From: the human T2T-CHM13v2.0 reference genome, Homo sapiens
DNA: 64,000 nt
Direction: 5' to 3' (one strand)
NCBI RefSeq assembly: GCF_009914755.1
Contig: NC_060940.1
Part shown: positions 15,801 through 28,960 of the stretch, piece after piece
Position numbering within the stretch: the stretch's first letter is position 1
Layout of the letters: each line of letters starts with the position of its first letter
The notes under the pieces: generated by a model
What the model saw: only the letters and a program-made list of their open reading frames with translations
Database searches by the model: none
Told to the model about the DNA's origin: nothing
Position numbers and translations under genes: made by a program

Positions 15801-18800
15801 CTTCCACTCGATTCCATATGATGATGACTCCATTCGATGAAATTCGATGATGATTCCCTTTGATTCCATTCAAAGATGATTCCATTCTAGCCCATTCAAT
15901 CATTCCATTCGATTCTATTCAATGATGATTCCATTCATGTCGATTTGGTGATTCCATTTGACTTCATTTGATGATGATTCCTTTCAAGTTCATTAGATGA
16001 TTCCATTCGATTCCATTTGATGATGATCCCATTGGAGTCCATTCAGTGATTCCACTCGTTTCCATTCCATGATGATTCCATTCCATTCCATTCAATGATT
16101 CCATTCGATTCCGTTTGATGATGATTTCATTCGAGTCCATTTGATGATTCCATTGGATTCCATTCGATGATGATTCCATTCGAGTCCATTCGATGATTCT
16201 ATTCGAATCCATTTGATGATTTCTTTTGATTATAGTTGGTGATGATTCCATTGGAGTCCATTCAATGATTCCATTCGATTCCAATCGATGGTGATTCCAT
16301 TAGAGTCCATTTAACGATTCCATTTGATTCCAGTCTCTGATGATTACATTCGAGTCCATACGATGATTCCACTCAATTCCATATGATGATGATTCCATTC
16401 TATTCCATTCGATGATTCCATTCTATTCTATTCAATGGTGATTCCATTCGAGTACATTAGATGATTCCATTCGATTCCATTCAATGATGATTCTATTTGT
16501 GTCCCTTAGATGGTTCCACATGATTCCATTTCATGATGATACTATTTGAGCCCATCCAATGACTCCCTTCGATTCCATTCGATGAGGATTCCATTCGATT
16601 CAATTCATTGGTGATTCTATTCAATTCAATTCTTTGATTCCATTCCATTCCATTCGACAATGATTCCATTCGATTTCTTTCGATGATTCCACTCGATTCC
16701 ACTTGACATTGATTCCATTCGATTCCATTCAATGATTCCGTTTGATTCCAGTGGATGATGATTGCCGTCGATTCCATTCGATCACTCCATTCTATTCCAT
16801 TTGATGATGATTACATTCGATTCCATTTGATGATTCCATCTGATTCTATTCGAGGATTCCATTTGATTCCATTCGATGATGATTCCATTCGAGTGCATTC
16901 GATGATTTCATTCGAGTACATCCAATGATTCCATTCGAGTCCATTTGATGATTCCATTTGATTCAATTTGATTATGATTCTACTAGAGTCCATTCAATGA
17001 CTCCATTCGAATCCATTCAACAATTCCATTCGAGGCCATTCGATGATTCCATTTCATGATTCCATTCGAGTCCATTTAATCATTACAGTCGAGTCCATTT
17101 GGTGATTCCACTGGATTTCTTTTGATAATGATACCATTCAATTACATTTGATGATGATCCCATTCAATTTCATTTGATGGTGATTCCATTAGAGTCCATT
17201 CGATGATTTCATTCGAGTCCCTTCATTGATTCCATCCGATTTCATTGGATGATGACTCCATTCGAGTCCATTCGATGATTCCACTCGATTCCATTAGATG
17301 ACTCCATTGGAGTCCATTTGATTGTTCCATTCGATTCTATTCGATTCCTTTCGAAGATTATTCCATTTGAGTCCATTCGATGATGATTCCATTCCATTCC
17401 ATTCGATGATTCCGTTTGATTCCATTCGATGATTCCCTTCGATTCCTTTCTTTGATGATTCCATTCCATTCCATTCAATGATTCCATTCGAATCTATTCC
17501 ATGATGATTCCTTTCGATTCCATTCGCTGATGTTTCCGTTCAATTCCATTCGATGATGATTCCATTCGATTCCATTCATTGAGGATTCCATTTGATTCCA
17601 TTCAATGATGATTCCGTTCTATTCCATTCAATGATTGCATTCAATTCCATTCAATGATTATCCCCTTAGAGTAAACTCAACGATTCCATTCAATACCATT
17701 CGATGATGATTCCTTTTGAGTCCATTCAATGATTTCATTCAAGTCCATTTGATGATTCCTTTCAATTCCATTCTATGATGATTCCATTCGAGTCCATTCG
17801 ATGATTCCATTCGATTGCATTCGATGATTCCATTATATTCCATTCAACGATGATTCCATTCGAGTCCATTCGATGATTCCATTAGAGTACATTTAATGAT
17901 TGCTTTGTTTTCAATTCGAAGATGATTACATTGGATTCCATTCTATGATACCATTCGATTCCATTCAATGATGATTCCACTCAAATCCATTGGATGATTC
18001 CATTCGTGTCCATTCGGTGATTTCATTAGATTCCATTCGAGGATGATTCCATTCGATTCCATTCGATGATTCCATTCAATTCCATTCGATGATGATTCCA
18101 TTCCAGTCCATATGATCATTCCATTTGATTTCATTCGATGATGATTCCATTCGATTCCATTCGATGATTCCATTCTATTCCATTCGATGATGATTCCATT
18201 CGAGTCCATTCGATGATTCCATTCGAGTCCATTTAATGATTCCATTGGGTTCAATTCAATGATGATTACATTGGATTCCGTTCTATGATTCCATTCAATT
18301 CCGTTCATTGACTATTTGATTCCATTCGATGATGATTCCATTTGAGTTCATTCGATGATTCTATTCGATTCTCTTCGATGGTGATTCAATTCTATTATAT
18401 TGGATGATTCCATTCGATTCCATTTGATGTTGATTCAATTCGATTCTATTCGATGATGATTCCATTGGATTTCACTTGATGATTCTATTCGATTCCATTC
18501 AATGATGATTCACTTCTCGTCCATTGGATGATTCCATTTCATTCCATTCGATGATGATTCCATTCGATTCCATTCGATGATTCCATTTGATTCCATGCGA
18601 CGGTGAGCAATTCGATTCAATTCCATGATGATTCTATTTGATTCAATTAGATGATGTTTCCATTCGAATCCATTCCATGATTATTCCATTGGAATCCATT
18701 TGGCGATGATTCCATATGAGTCAATTCAATGATGATTCCATATGGGTCCGTTCGATGATAATTCCATTTGATTTCATTCGATGCTTCTATTCTATTCCAG

Positions 18801-19984
18801 TCGATGATGATTCCGTTGGAGTCCATACGATGATTCCATTTGATTTCATTTGATGATGATTCCATTCGATGATGATTACATTGGATTCCATTCTATGATT
18901 CCATTCAATTCCATTCGTTGATGATTCGATTCCATTCAATGATGATTCCATTTGAGTTCATTCGATGATTCTATTCGATTCCGTTCGATGGTGATTCAAT
19001 TCTCTTATATTGGATGATTCCACTCGATTCCATTTGATGATTATTCCATTGGAGTCCACTTAGTGAATCCTTTAGATTCTACTCGAAGATGATTCCATTC
19101 GAGTCCATTCGATGATACCATTCAATTCCATTCGTTGATGCTTCCATTCAAGTGCATTCGATGATATCATTCGATTCCATTTGATGATAATTCCATTTGA
19201 TTCCATGCGATGATTCTATTCGATTTCATTCAATGATAATTCCATTCAATTCAGTGATTCCTCTGAACTCCATTTGATGATGATTCCTTTCAATGATTCC
19301 ATTCGATTCTGTTCCAAAATGATTCCATTTGAATCCATTTGATGATGATTCCATTAGATTCCATTTGATGATTCCATTCGATTCCATTTGACGATGATTC
19401 CATTCGATTCCATTTGATGATTCCATTCTATTCTATTCGATGATGATTCCATTCGATTCCATTTGATGATGATTGGATTCGATTCCATTTGATGATTTCA
19501 TTTGATTCCATTCGTTAATGATTTCGATCAACTCCATTCGATGATTCCATTGGATTCCATTCGATAATGATTACATCCGAGTCCATTCGATGATTCCATT
19601 TGAGCCCGTTCGATAATTCCATTTGAGTCCAATCAATGATTCCATTCATTTCCATTCAATGATTCCATTCGAGTCCATTTGATCATTCTGGTAGGGTCCG
19701 TTCGATGTTGATTCCATTGGAGTGCATTCGATGATTCCATTCGAGTCCATTTTATGATTTGATTCGAGTCCTTTCGATGATTCCATTCGATTCCACTCGA
19801 TGATGATTTCATTCGAGTCCATTCGACACTTCCAATCGATTCCATTTGATGTTTCCATTCGAGTCCAATTGATGATTCCATTCAATTCCATTCGATGATG
19901 ATTCCGTACGATTCCATTCTGTGATGATTCCATGTGATTGCATTCAATGATGATTCCTTTCGATTGCATTCGATTATGATTCAT
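12845..19984 (+). repeat. Higher-order unit 'B' (7139 bp), copy 2, a near-identical tandem duplicate
   Basis: ORF pairs 6434/13573, 6729/13868, 8038/15177, 8405/15544, 8825/15964, 9354/16493, 10103/17242, 10804/17943, 11508/18647, 12087/19226 and 12507/19646 all sit at offset 7139 with identical translations. Confidence 0.92.
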
Positions 19985-22900
19985 TTCGTGTTCATTCTAT
20001 GGTTCCACAGGTTTCCATTCGATGACGTTTCCGTTCGTGTCCATTCCATTATTCCATTCTATTTCATTTGATGATGATTCCATTCGATTCCATTCATTGG
20101 TGATTCCACTCAATTCCATTCAATGATTCCATTCCATTTCTTTCAACAATGATTCCATTAGTTTCTATTCGATGATCCACTTGATTCCATTTGGCGATGA
20201 TTCCATTCGTGTCCATTCGATGATTCCATTTGATTCCATATGATGATGATCCCATTCGATTCCATACCATGATGATTCCATTCGAGTCCATTCAATGGTG
20301 ATTCCATTCAATTCCATTCGATGATTCCTTCCGATTCCATTCTATGATGATGGCATTCGATTCCTTTCAATCATTCCCTTTGATTCCATTCAAAGATGAT
20401 TTCATTCAAGTCCGTTCGATAATTTCATTTGATTCCATTCTATGATGATTCCATTCGAGTCCATTTGATGATTCCATTCAATTCAAGTCAATGATGATTC
20501 CATTCAATTCCACTCGATGATTCCATTGGATTCCATTCGATGATGATTCCATTCAAATCCATTCGATAATTCAATTCAAGTCCATTCGATGATGATTCCA
20601 ATCGAATCCATTCAAAGATTCCATTCAATTCCATTCGATGATGATTCCCTTAGATTCCATTCGATGATTCCACTTGATTCCATTTACGATGATTCCATTC
20701 GATTCCATGTGATGAATCCATTCAATTCTATTCAATGATGTTTCCATTTGATTCCATTGGACCATGATTGCCTTTGATTCCATTCAATGATTCCATTCGG
20801 TTCCATTTGATGATGATTCCGTTCGATTCCATTTCATTATTCCATTTGATTCCATTGGATGAGTCCATTCGATTACATTCGATGATTATTCCATTCGAGT
20901 GCATTAGATGATTGCATTCGAGTCCATTCGATGATTCCATTCGATTCCATTCGATGTTGATTCTGTTCAAATCCATTCGATGATTCCACTCGATTCCATT
21001 CGATGACTCCATTTGATCCCATTCGATGATTTCCTGTGATTCCCTTTGATGATCATTCTATTTGATTCAATTCGGTGATTTCATTTCATTCCATTCAGTG
21101 ATGTTTCCATTCGACTGTATTCGATGATGATTCCATTCGACTCCATTCGATTATGATTTCATTCAATTCCATTCAATAATGATTCCCTTCGAGTCCATTC
21201 GATGATTCCATTCGATTCCATTCAACGATGATTTGATTCGTTTCCATTCGATGATTCCATTTGATTCCACTTGATGATGATTCCATTCGAGTCCATTTGA
21301 TGATTCCATTCGAGTCTATTTATGTATTATATTCGTGTCCACTTCATGATTCCATTCAATTCCATTTAATGTTGATTCCATTTGATTCCATTTGATGATT
21401 CAGTTCGATTCCTTGCAATGATTCCCTACGATTCCTTTCTATGATGATTCCATTCGATTCCATTCATTGATGATTTCATTCGACTCCATTCGATGATGAT
21501 TCCTTACGTTTCCATTTGACGATGTTTCCCTTCGAGTCCATTCGATGATGATTCTATTCAATTCTGTTCTATTATGATTCCATTCGATTTCATTCAATGC
21601 TTCTATTTGATTCCATTCGATGATGATTCCATCTCTTTCCCTTCGATGATTCCATTTGATTCCATTCAGTGATGATTCCATTTGATTCCATCTGATGATG
21701 ATTTCACTTGATTCCTTTCAATGATGATTCAATTCAAGTCCATTCGATGATTCCATTGGAGTCCAAACGATCATTCCGTTCGATTCCATTCAATGGTGAT
21801 TCCATTCATGTCCATTCGATGAATCCATTCAATTCCATTCGATGATGACTCCATTCGAGTACATTCGATGATTCCATTTGATTCCATTTGAAGATGATTC
21901 CATTCAATTCCATTCGAAGATGATTCCATTCAATTCCATTCGATGATGATTCCGTATGAATCCATTCTCTGATTATTCCATTCGATTCCATTCATTGACG
22001 ATTCCATTCAATTCCATTCAATGATGATTCTCTTCTATTCCATTCGATGATTCCGGTCGATTCCATTCGATGATGATTCCATTAGATTCCATTCGATTGT
22101 TGCATTCGATTCCCTTCGATGATGATTCCTTTGAATTCCATTCGATTATCATTCCGTATGAATCCATTTGATGATTATTCCATTGGATTCCTTTCAATGA
22201 TGATTCCATTCGATTCCATTTGATGATGTTTCTCTTGTATTCCATTGGATAATTCCTTTCAGTTCCCTTCGATGATTATTCTTTCGAGTCAATTCGATGA
22301 TTCTATTCCATTCCCTTCGATGATGATTCCATTTCACTCCATTTGATGATTCCATTCGACTCAATTTGGTGATGATTCAATTCGATGACATTCGATGACT
22401 CCATTCAATTTCATTTGATGATGATTACATTCGAGTCCATTTGATGATTGTATTCCTTTCCTTTTGATGATTATTCCATTCGTGTCTATTCAAAGATTCC
22501 ATTCTATTCCATTCAATGATGATTGCATTTGATTCCATTCAATGATTATGGCTATCGATTCCACTCGTTGATTCCATTTGATTCCGTTCGATGATTATTC
22601 CGTTAGATTCCATTAGAAGATTCCATTCGATTTTATTCAATGATTCCAATGGATTCCATTCAATGATGATTCCATTCGACTCCATTCAGTGATTCCATTC
22701 GAGTCCATTTGATGATTCCATTCTTTTCCATTTGATGATGATTCCATTAGGGTCCATTCAATGATTCCATTCGAGTCCATTCGTTAATGCCTTTCGAGTC
22801 CTTTTGATCACTACATTCGAGTCCATTCAATGATTCTATTCGATTCCATTCCATGATGATTCCATTCGAGTTCATTCGATGATTGCATTCGAGTCCATTT

Positions 22901-23711
22901 GATGATTCCATATGATTCCCTTCGACAATGATTCCATTCGTGTCCATTTGATGATTCCATTCATTTCCTATCGATGAAGATTCCATTCAAGTGTATTCGA
23001 TGATTCCATTCAAATCCATTCGATGATGATTCCATTCCAGTCCATTCGATCATTCCACTTGATTCCATTTGATGACTATTCCATTCAAATCCATTTGATG
23101 ATTCCATTCTATTCCATTCGATGTTACCATTCGAGTATATACGATGATTCCACTCGATTCCATTTGATGATTATTCCATTGGAGTCCACTTAGTGAATCC
23201 TTTAGATTCTACTCGAAGATGATTCCATTCGAGTCCATTCGATGATACCATTCAATTCCATTCGTTGATGCTTCCATTCAAGTGCATTCGATGATATCAT
23301 TCGATTCCATTTGATGATAATTCCATTTGATTCCATGCGATGATTCTATTCGATTCCATTCAATGATAATTCCATTCAATTCAGTGATTCCTCTGGACTC
23401 CATTTGATGATGATTCCATTCAATGATTCCATTCGATTCTATTCCAAAATGATTCCATTTGAATCCATTTGATGATGATTCCATTAGATTCCATTTGATG
23501 ATTCCATTCGATTCCATTTGACGATGATTCCATTCGATTCCATTTGATGATTCCATTCTATTCTATTCGATGATGATTCCATTCGATTCCATTCGATGAT
23601 GATTGGATTCGATTCCATTTGATGATTTCATTTGATTCCATTCGTTAATGATTTCGATCAATTCCATTCGATGATTCCATTCGATTCCATTCGATAATGA
23701 TTACATCCGAG
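18422..23711 (+). repeat. Copy of window 1-~5290 (end of B plus A) at offset 18421
   Basis: ORF pairs 226/18647, 1225/19646, 1673/20094, 2307/20728, 3018/21439, 3385/21806, 3597/22018 and 4326/22747 share offset 18421, with scattered substitutions. Confidence 0.88.
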
Positions 23712-24742
23712 TCCATTCAGTGATTCCATTCGAGTCCATTTGATGATTCCATTCTTTTCCATTTGATGATGATTCCATTAGGGTCCATTCAATGATTCCA
23801 TTCGAGTCCATTCGTTAATGCCTTTCGAGTCCTTTTGATCACTACATTCGAGTCCATTCAATGATTCTATTCGATTCCATTCCATGATGATTCCATTCGA
23901 GTTCATTCGATGATTGCATTCGAGTCCATTTGATGATTCCATATGATTCCCTTCGACAATGATTCCATTCGTGTCCATTTGATGATTCCATTCATTTCCT
24001 ATCGATGAAGATTCCATTCAAGTGTATTCGATGATTCCATTCAAATCCATTCGATGATGATTCCATTCCAGTCCATTCGATCATTCCACTTGATTCCATT
24101 TGATGACTATTCCATTCAAATCCATTTGATGATTCCATTCTATTCCATTCGATGTTACCATTCGAGTATATACGATGATTCCACTCGATTCCATTTGATG
24201 ATTATTCCATTGGAGTCCACTTAGTGAATCCTTTAGATTCTACTCGAAGATGATTCCATTCGAGTCCATTCGATGATACCATTCAATTCCATTCGTTGAT
24301 GCTTCCATTCAAGTGCATTCGATGATATCATTCGATTCCATTTGATGATAATTCCATTTGATTCCATGCGATGATTCTATTCGATTCCATTCAATGATAA
24401 TTCCATTCAATTCAGTGATTCCTCTGGACTCCATTTGATGATGATTCCATTCAATGATTCCATTCGATTCTATTCCAAAATGATTCCATTTGAATCCATT
24501 TGATGATGATTCCATTAGATTCCATTTGATGATTCCATTCGATTCCATTTGACGATGATTCCATTCGATTCCATTTGATGATTCCATTCTATTCTATTCG
24601 ATGATGATTCCATTCGATTCCATTCGATGATGATTGGATTCGATTCCATTTGATGATTTCATTTGATTCCATTCGTTAATGATTTCGATCAATTCCATTC
24701 GATGATTCCATTCGATTCCATTCGATAATGATTACATCCGAG
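22681..24742 (+). repeat. 1031-bp direct tandem duplication (22681-23711 and 23712-24742) inside an A unit
   Basis: ORF pairs 22747/23778 and 23278/24309 are identical at offset 1031. The novel junction ttacatccgag|tccattcagtgattcc lies at 23711/23712. Confidence 0.92.
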
Positions 24743-27700
24743 TCCATTCGGTGATTCCATTTGAGCCTGTTCGATAATTCCATTTGAGTCCAACCAATGA
24801 TTCCATTCATTTCCATTCAATGATTCCATTCGAGTCCATTTGATCATTCCGGTATTGTCCATTCGATGTTGATTCCATTGGAGTGCATTCGATGATTCCA
24901 TTCGAGTCCATTTTATGATTTGATTCGAGTCCTTTCGATGATTCCATTCGATTCCACTCGATGATGATTTCATTAGAGTCCATTCGACACTTCCAATCGA
25001 TTCCATTTGATGTTTCCATTCGAGTCCAATTGATGATTCCATTCAATTCCATTCGATGATGATTCCGTACGATTCCATTCTGTGATGATTCCATGTGATT
25101 GCATTCAATGATGATTCCTTTCGATTGCATTCGATTATGATTCATTTCGTGTTCATTCTATGGTTCCACAGGTTTCCATTCGTGTCCATTCCATTATTCC
25201 ATTCTATTCCATTTGATGATGATTCCATTCGATACCATTCATTGGTGATTCCACTCAATTCCATTCAATGATTCCATTCCATTTCTTTCAACAATGATTC
25301 CATTACTTTCTAATCGATGATCCACTTGATTCCATTTGACGACGATTCCATTCTTGTCCATTCGATGATTCCATTTGATTCCATATGATGATGATTCCAT
25401 TCGATTCCATACGATTATGATTCCATTCGAGTCCATTCAATGGTGATTCCATTCAATTCCATTCGATGATTCCTTAAGATTCCATTCGATGATGATGGCA
25501 TTCGATTCCTTTCAATCATTCCCTTTGATTCCATTCAAAGGTGATTTCATTCAAGTCCATTCGATAATTGCATTCGATTCCATTCTATGATGATTCCATT
25601 CGAGTCCATTTGATGATTCCATTCAATTCAAGTCAATGATGATTCCATTCGATTCCATTCGATGATTCCATTGGATTCCATTCGATGAAGATTCCATTCA
25701 AATCCATTCGATAATTCAATTCAAGTCCATTCGATGATGATTGAAATCGAATCCATTCAAAGATTCCATTCAGTTCCATTCGATGATTCCCTTAGATTCC
25801 ATTCGATGATTCCACTTGATTCCATTTACGATGATTCCATTCGATTCCATGTGATGATTCCATTCAATTCTATTCAATGCTGTTTCCATTTGATTCCATT
25901 CGACCATGATTGCCTTTGATTCCATTCAATGACTCCATTCGGTTCCTTTTGTTGATGATTCCGTTCGATTCCATTTCATTATTCCATTTGATTCCATTGG
26001 ATGAGTCCATTCGATTACATTCGATGATTATTCCATTCGAGTGCATTAGATGATTCCATTCGAGTCCATTCGATGATTCCATTCGATTGCATTCGATGTT
26101 GATTCTGTTCAAATCCATTCGATGATTCCACTCGATTCCATTCGATGACTCCAGTTGATCCCATTCGATGATTTCCTTTGATTCCCTTTGATGATCATTC
26201 CATTTGATTCAATTCGGTGATTTCATTTGATTCCATTCAGTGATGTTTCCATTCGACTCCATTCGATGATGATTCCATTCGACTCCATTCGATTATGATT
26301 TCATTCAATTCCATTCGATAATGATTCCCTTCGAGTCCATTCGATGATTCCATTCGATTCCATTCAACGATGATTTGATTCGTGTCCATTCGATGATTCC
26401 ATTTGATTCCACTTGATGATGATTCCATTCGAGTCCATTTGATGATTCCATTCGAGTCTATTTATGTATTATATTCGTGTCCACTTCATGATTCCATTCA
26501 ATTCCATTTAATGTTGATTCCATTTGATTCCATTTGATGATTCAGTTCGATTCCTTGCAATGATTCCCTACGATTCCTTTCTCTGATGATTCCATTCGAT
26601 TCCATTCATTGATGATTTCATTCGACTCCATTCGATGATGATTCCTTTCGATTCCATTTGACGATGTTTCCATTCGAGTCCATTCGATGATGATTCTATT
26701 CAATTCTGTTCTATTATGATTCCATTCGATTTCATTCAATGCTTCTATTTGATTCCATTCGATGATGATTCCATCTCTTTCCCTTCGATGATTCCATTTG
26801 ATTCCATTCAGTGATGATTCCATTTGATTCCATCTGATGATGATTTCACTTGATTCCTTTCAATGATGATTCAATTCAAGTCCATTCTATGACTCCATTG
26901 GAGTCCAAACGATCATTCCGTTCGATTCCATTCAATGGTGATTCCATTCATGTCCATTCGATGAATCCATTCAATTCCATTCGATGATGACTCCATTCGA
27001 GTACATTCGATGATTCCATTTGATTCCATTTGAAGATGATTCCATTCAATTCCATTCGAAGATGATTCCATTCAATTCCATTCGATGATGATTCCGTATG
27101 AATCCATTCTCTGATTATTCCATTAGATTCCATTCATTGACGATTCCATTCAATTCCATTCAATGATGATTCTCTTCTATTCCATTCGATGATTCCGGTC
27201 GATTCCATTCGATGATGATTCCATTAGATTCCATTCGATTGTTGCATTCGATTCCCTTCGATGATGATTCCTTTGAATTCCATTCGATTATCATTCCGTA
27301 TGAATCCATTTGATGATTATTCCATTGGATTCCTTTCGATGATGATTCCGTTCGATTCCATTTGATGATTCCATTTGATTCCATTGGATGAGTCCATTCG
27401 ATTACATTCGATGATTATTCCATTCGAGTGCATTAGATGATTCCATTCGAGTCCATTCGATGATTCCATTCGAGTCCATTCGATGATTCCATTCGATTCC
27501 ATTCGATGTTGATTCTGTTCAAATCCATTCGATGATTCCACTCGATTCCATTCGATGACTCCATTTGATCCCATTCTATGATTTCCTTTGATTCCCTTTG
27601 ATGATCATTCCATTTGATTCAATTCGGTGATTTCATTTGATTCCATTCAGTGATGTTTCCATTCGACTCCATTCGATGATGATTCCATTCGACTACATTC

Positions 27701-28960
27701 GATTATGATTTCATTCAATTCCATAAGATAAAGATTCCCTTCGAGTCCAATCGATGATTCCATTCGATTCCATTCAACGATGATTTGATTCGTGTCCATT
27801 CGATGATTCCATTTGATTCCACTTGATGAGGATTCCATTCCAGTCCATTTGATGATTCCATTCAATTCCATTCTCCGATGATTTCTTTTGAGCCCATTCA
27901 ATGCTTCCACTCGATTACATATGATGATGACTCCATTCGATGAAACTCGATGATGATTCCATTCGCTTGCATTCGATGATGATTCCACTTGAGTCCGTTA
28001 GAAGATTCTATTCAATTACATTCCATGACGATTCCGTTCGAGTCCATTTGATGATTCCATTACACTCCATTCGACAATGATTCCATTCAATGTTATTCGA
28101 TGATTCCATTCGATCTCATTCGATGATGATTCCATTCAACTCCATTCGATGTTTCCATTCGAGTTCATTCTATTATTCCATTAGATTCCATTCGATGATG
28201 ATTCCATTCGATTCCATTTGATGATTGCATTCTATTTCATTTGATGATGATTCCATTCGAGTCCATTCGATGATTCCATTCGAGTCCATTTAATGAATCC
28301 ATTGGTTTCAATTCTATGATGATTATATTGGATTCCATTCGTTGATGATTTCATTCGATTCCATTCAATGATGATTCCATTCAATTCCATTCAATGATTC
28401 CATTCAATTCCATACGATGATGATTCCATTTGATTTGATTCGACAGTGAGCCATTCGATTCAATTCCATGATGATTCTATTTGATTCACTTGGTTGACAT
28501 TTCTATTCGGTTCCATTCGATGATGATTCCATTTGATTCCATTCAAACATGATTCCATTCTAGCCCATTCAATCATTCCATTCGATTCTATTCAATGATG
28601 ATTCCATTCATGTCGATTTGGTGATTCCATTTGACTTCATTTGATGATGATTCCTTTCAAGTTCATTAGATGATTCCATTCGATTCCATTTGATGATGAT
28701 CCCATTCGAGTCCATTCAGTGATTCCACTCGTTTCCATTCCATGATGATTCCATTCCATTCCATTCAATGATTCCATTCGATTCCGTTTGATGATGATTT
28801 CATTCGAGTCCATTTGATGATTCCATTTGATTCCATTCGATGATGATTCCATTCGAGTCCATTCGATGATTCTATTCGAATCCATTTGATGATTTCTTTT
28901 GATTATATTTGGTGATGATTCCATTGGAGTCCATTCAATGATTCCATTCTATTCCAATCG

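Noticed and set aside
25734-25919. The single plus-strand ORF (61 aa)
   Set aside because: It arises from local loss of ATG triplets that shifts the TGA phase. The product is satellite translation with no coding evidence.
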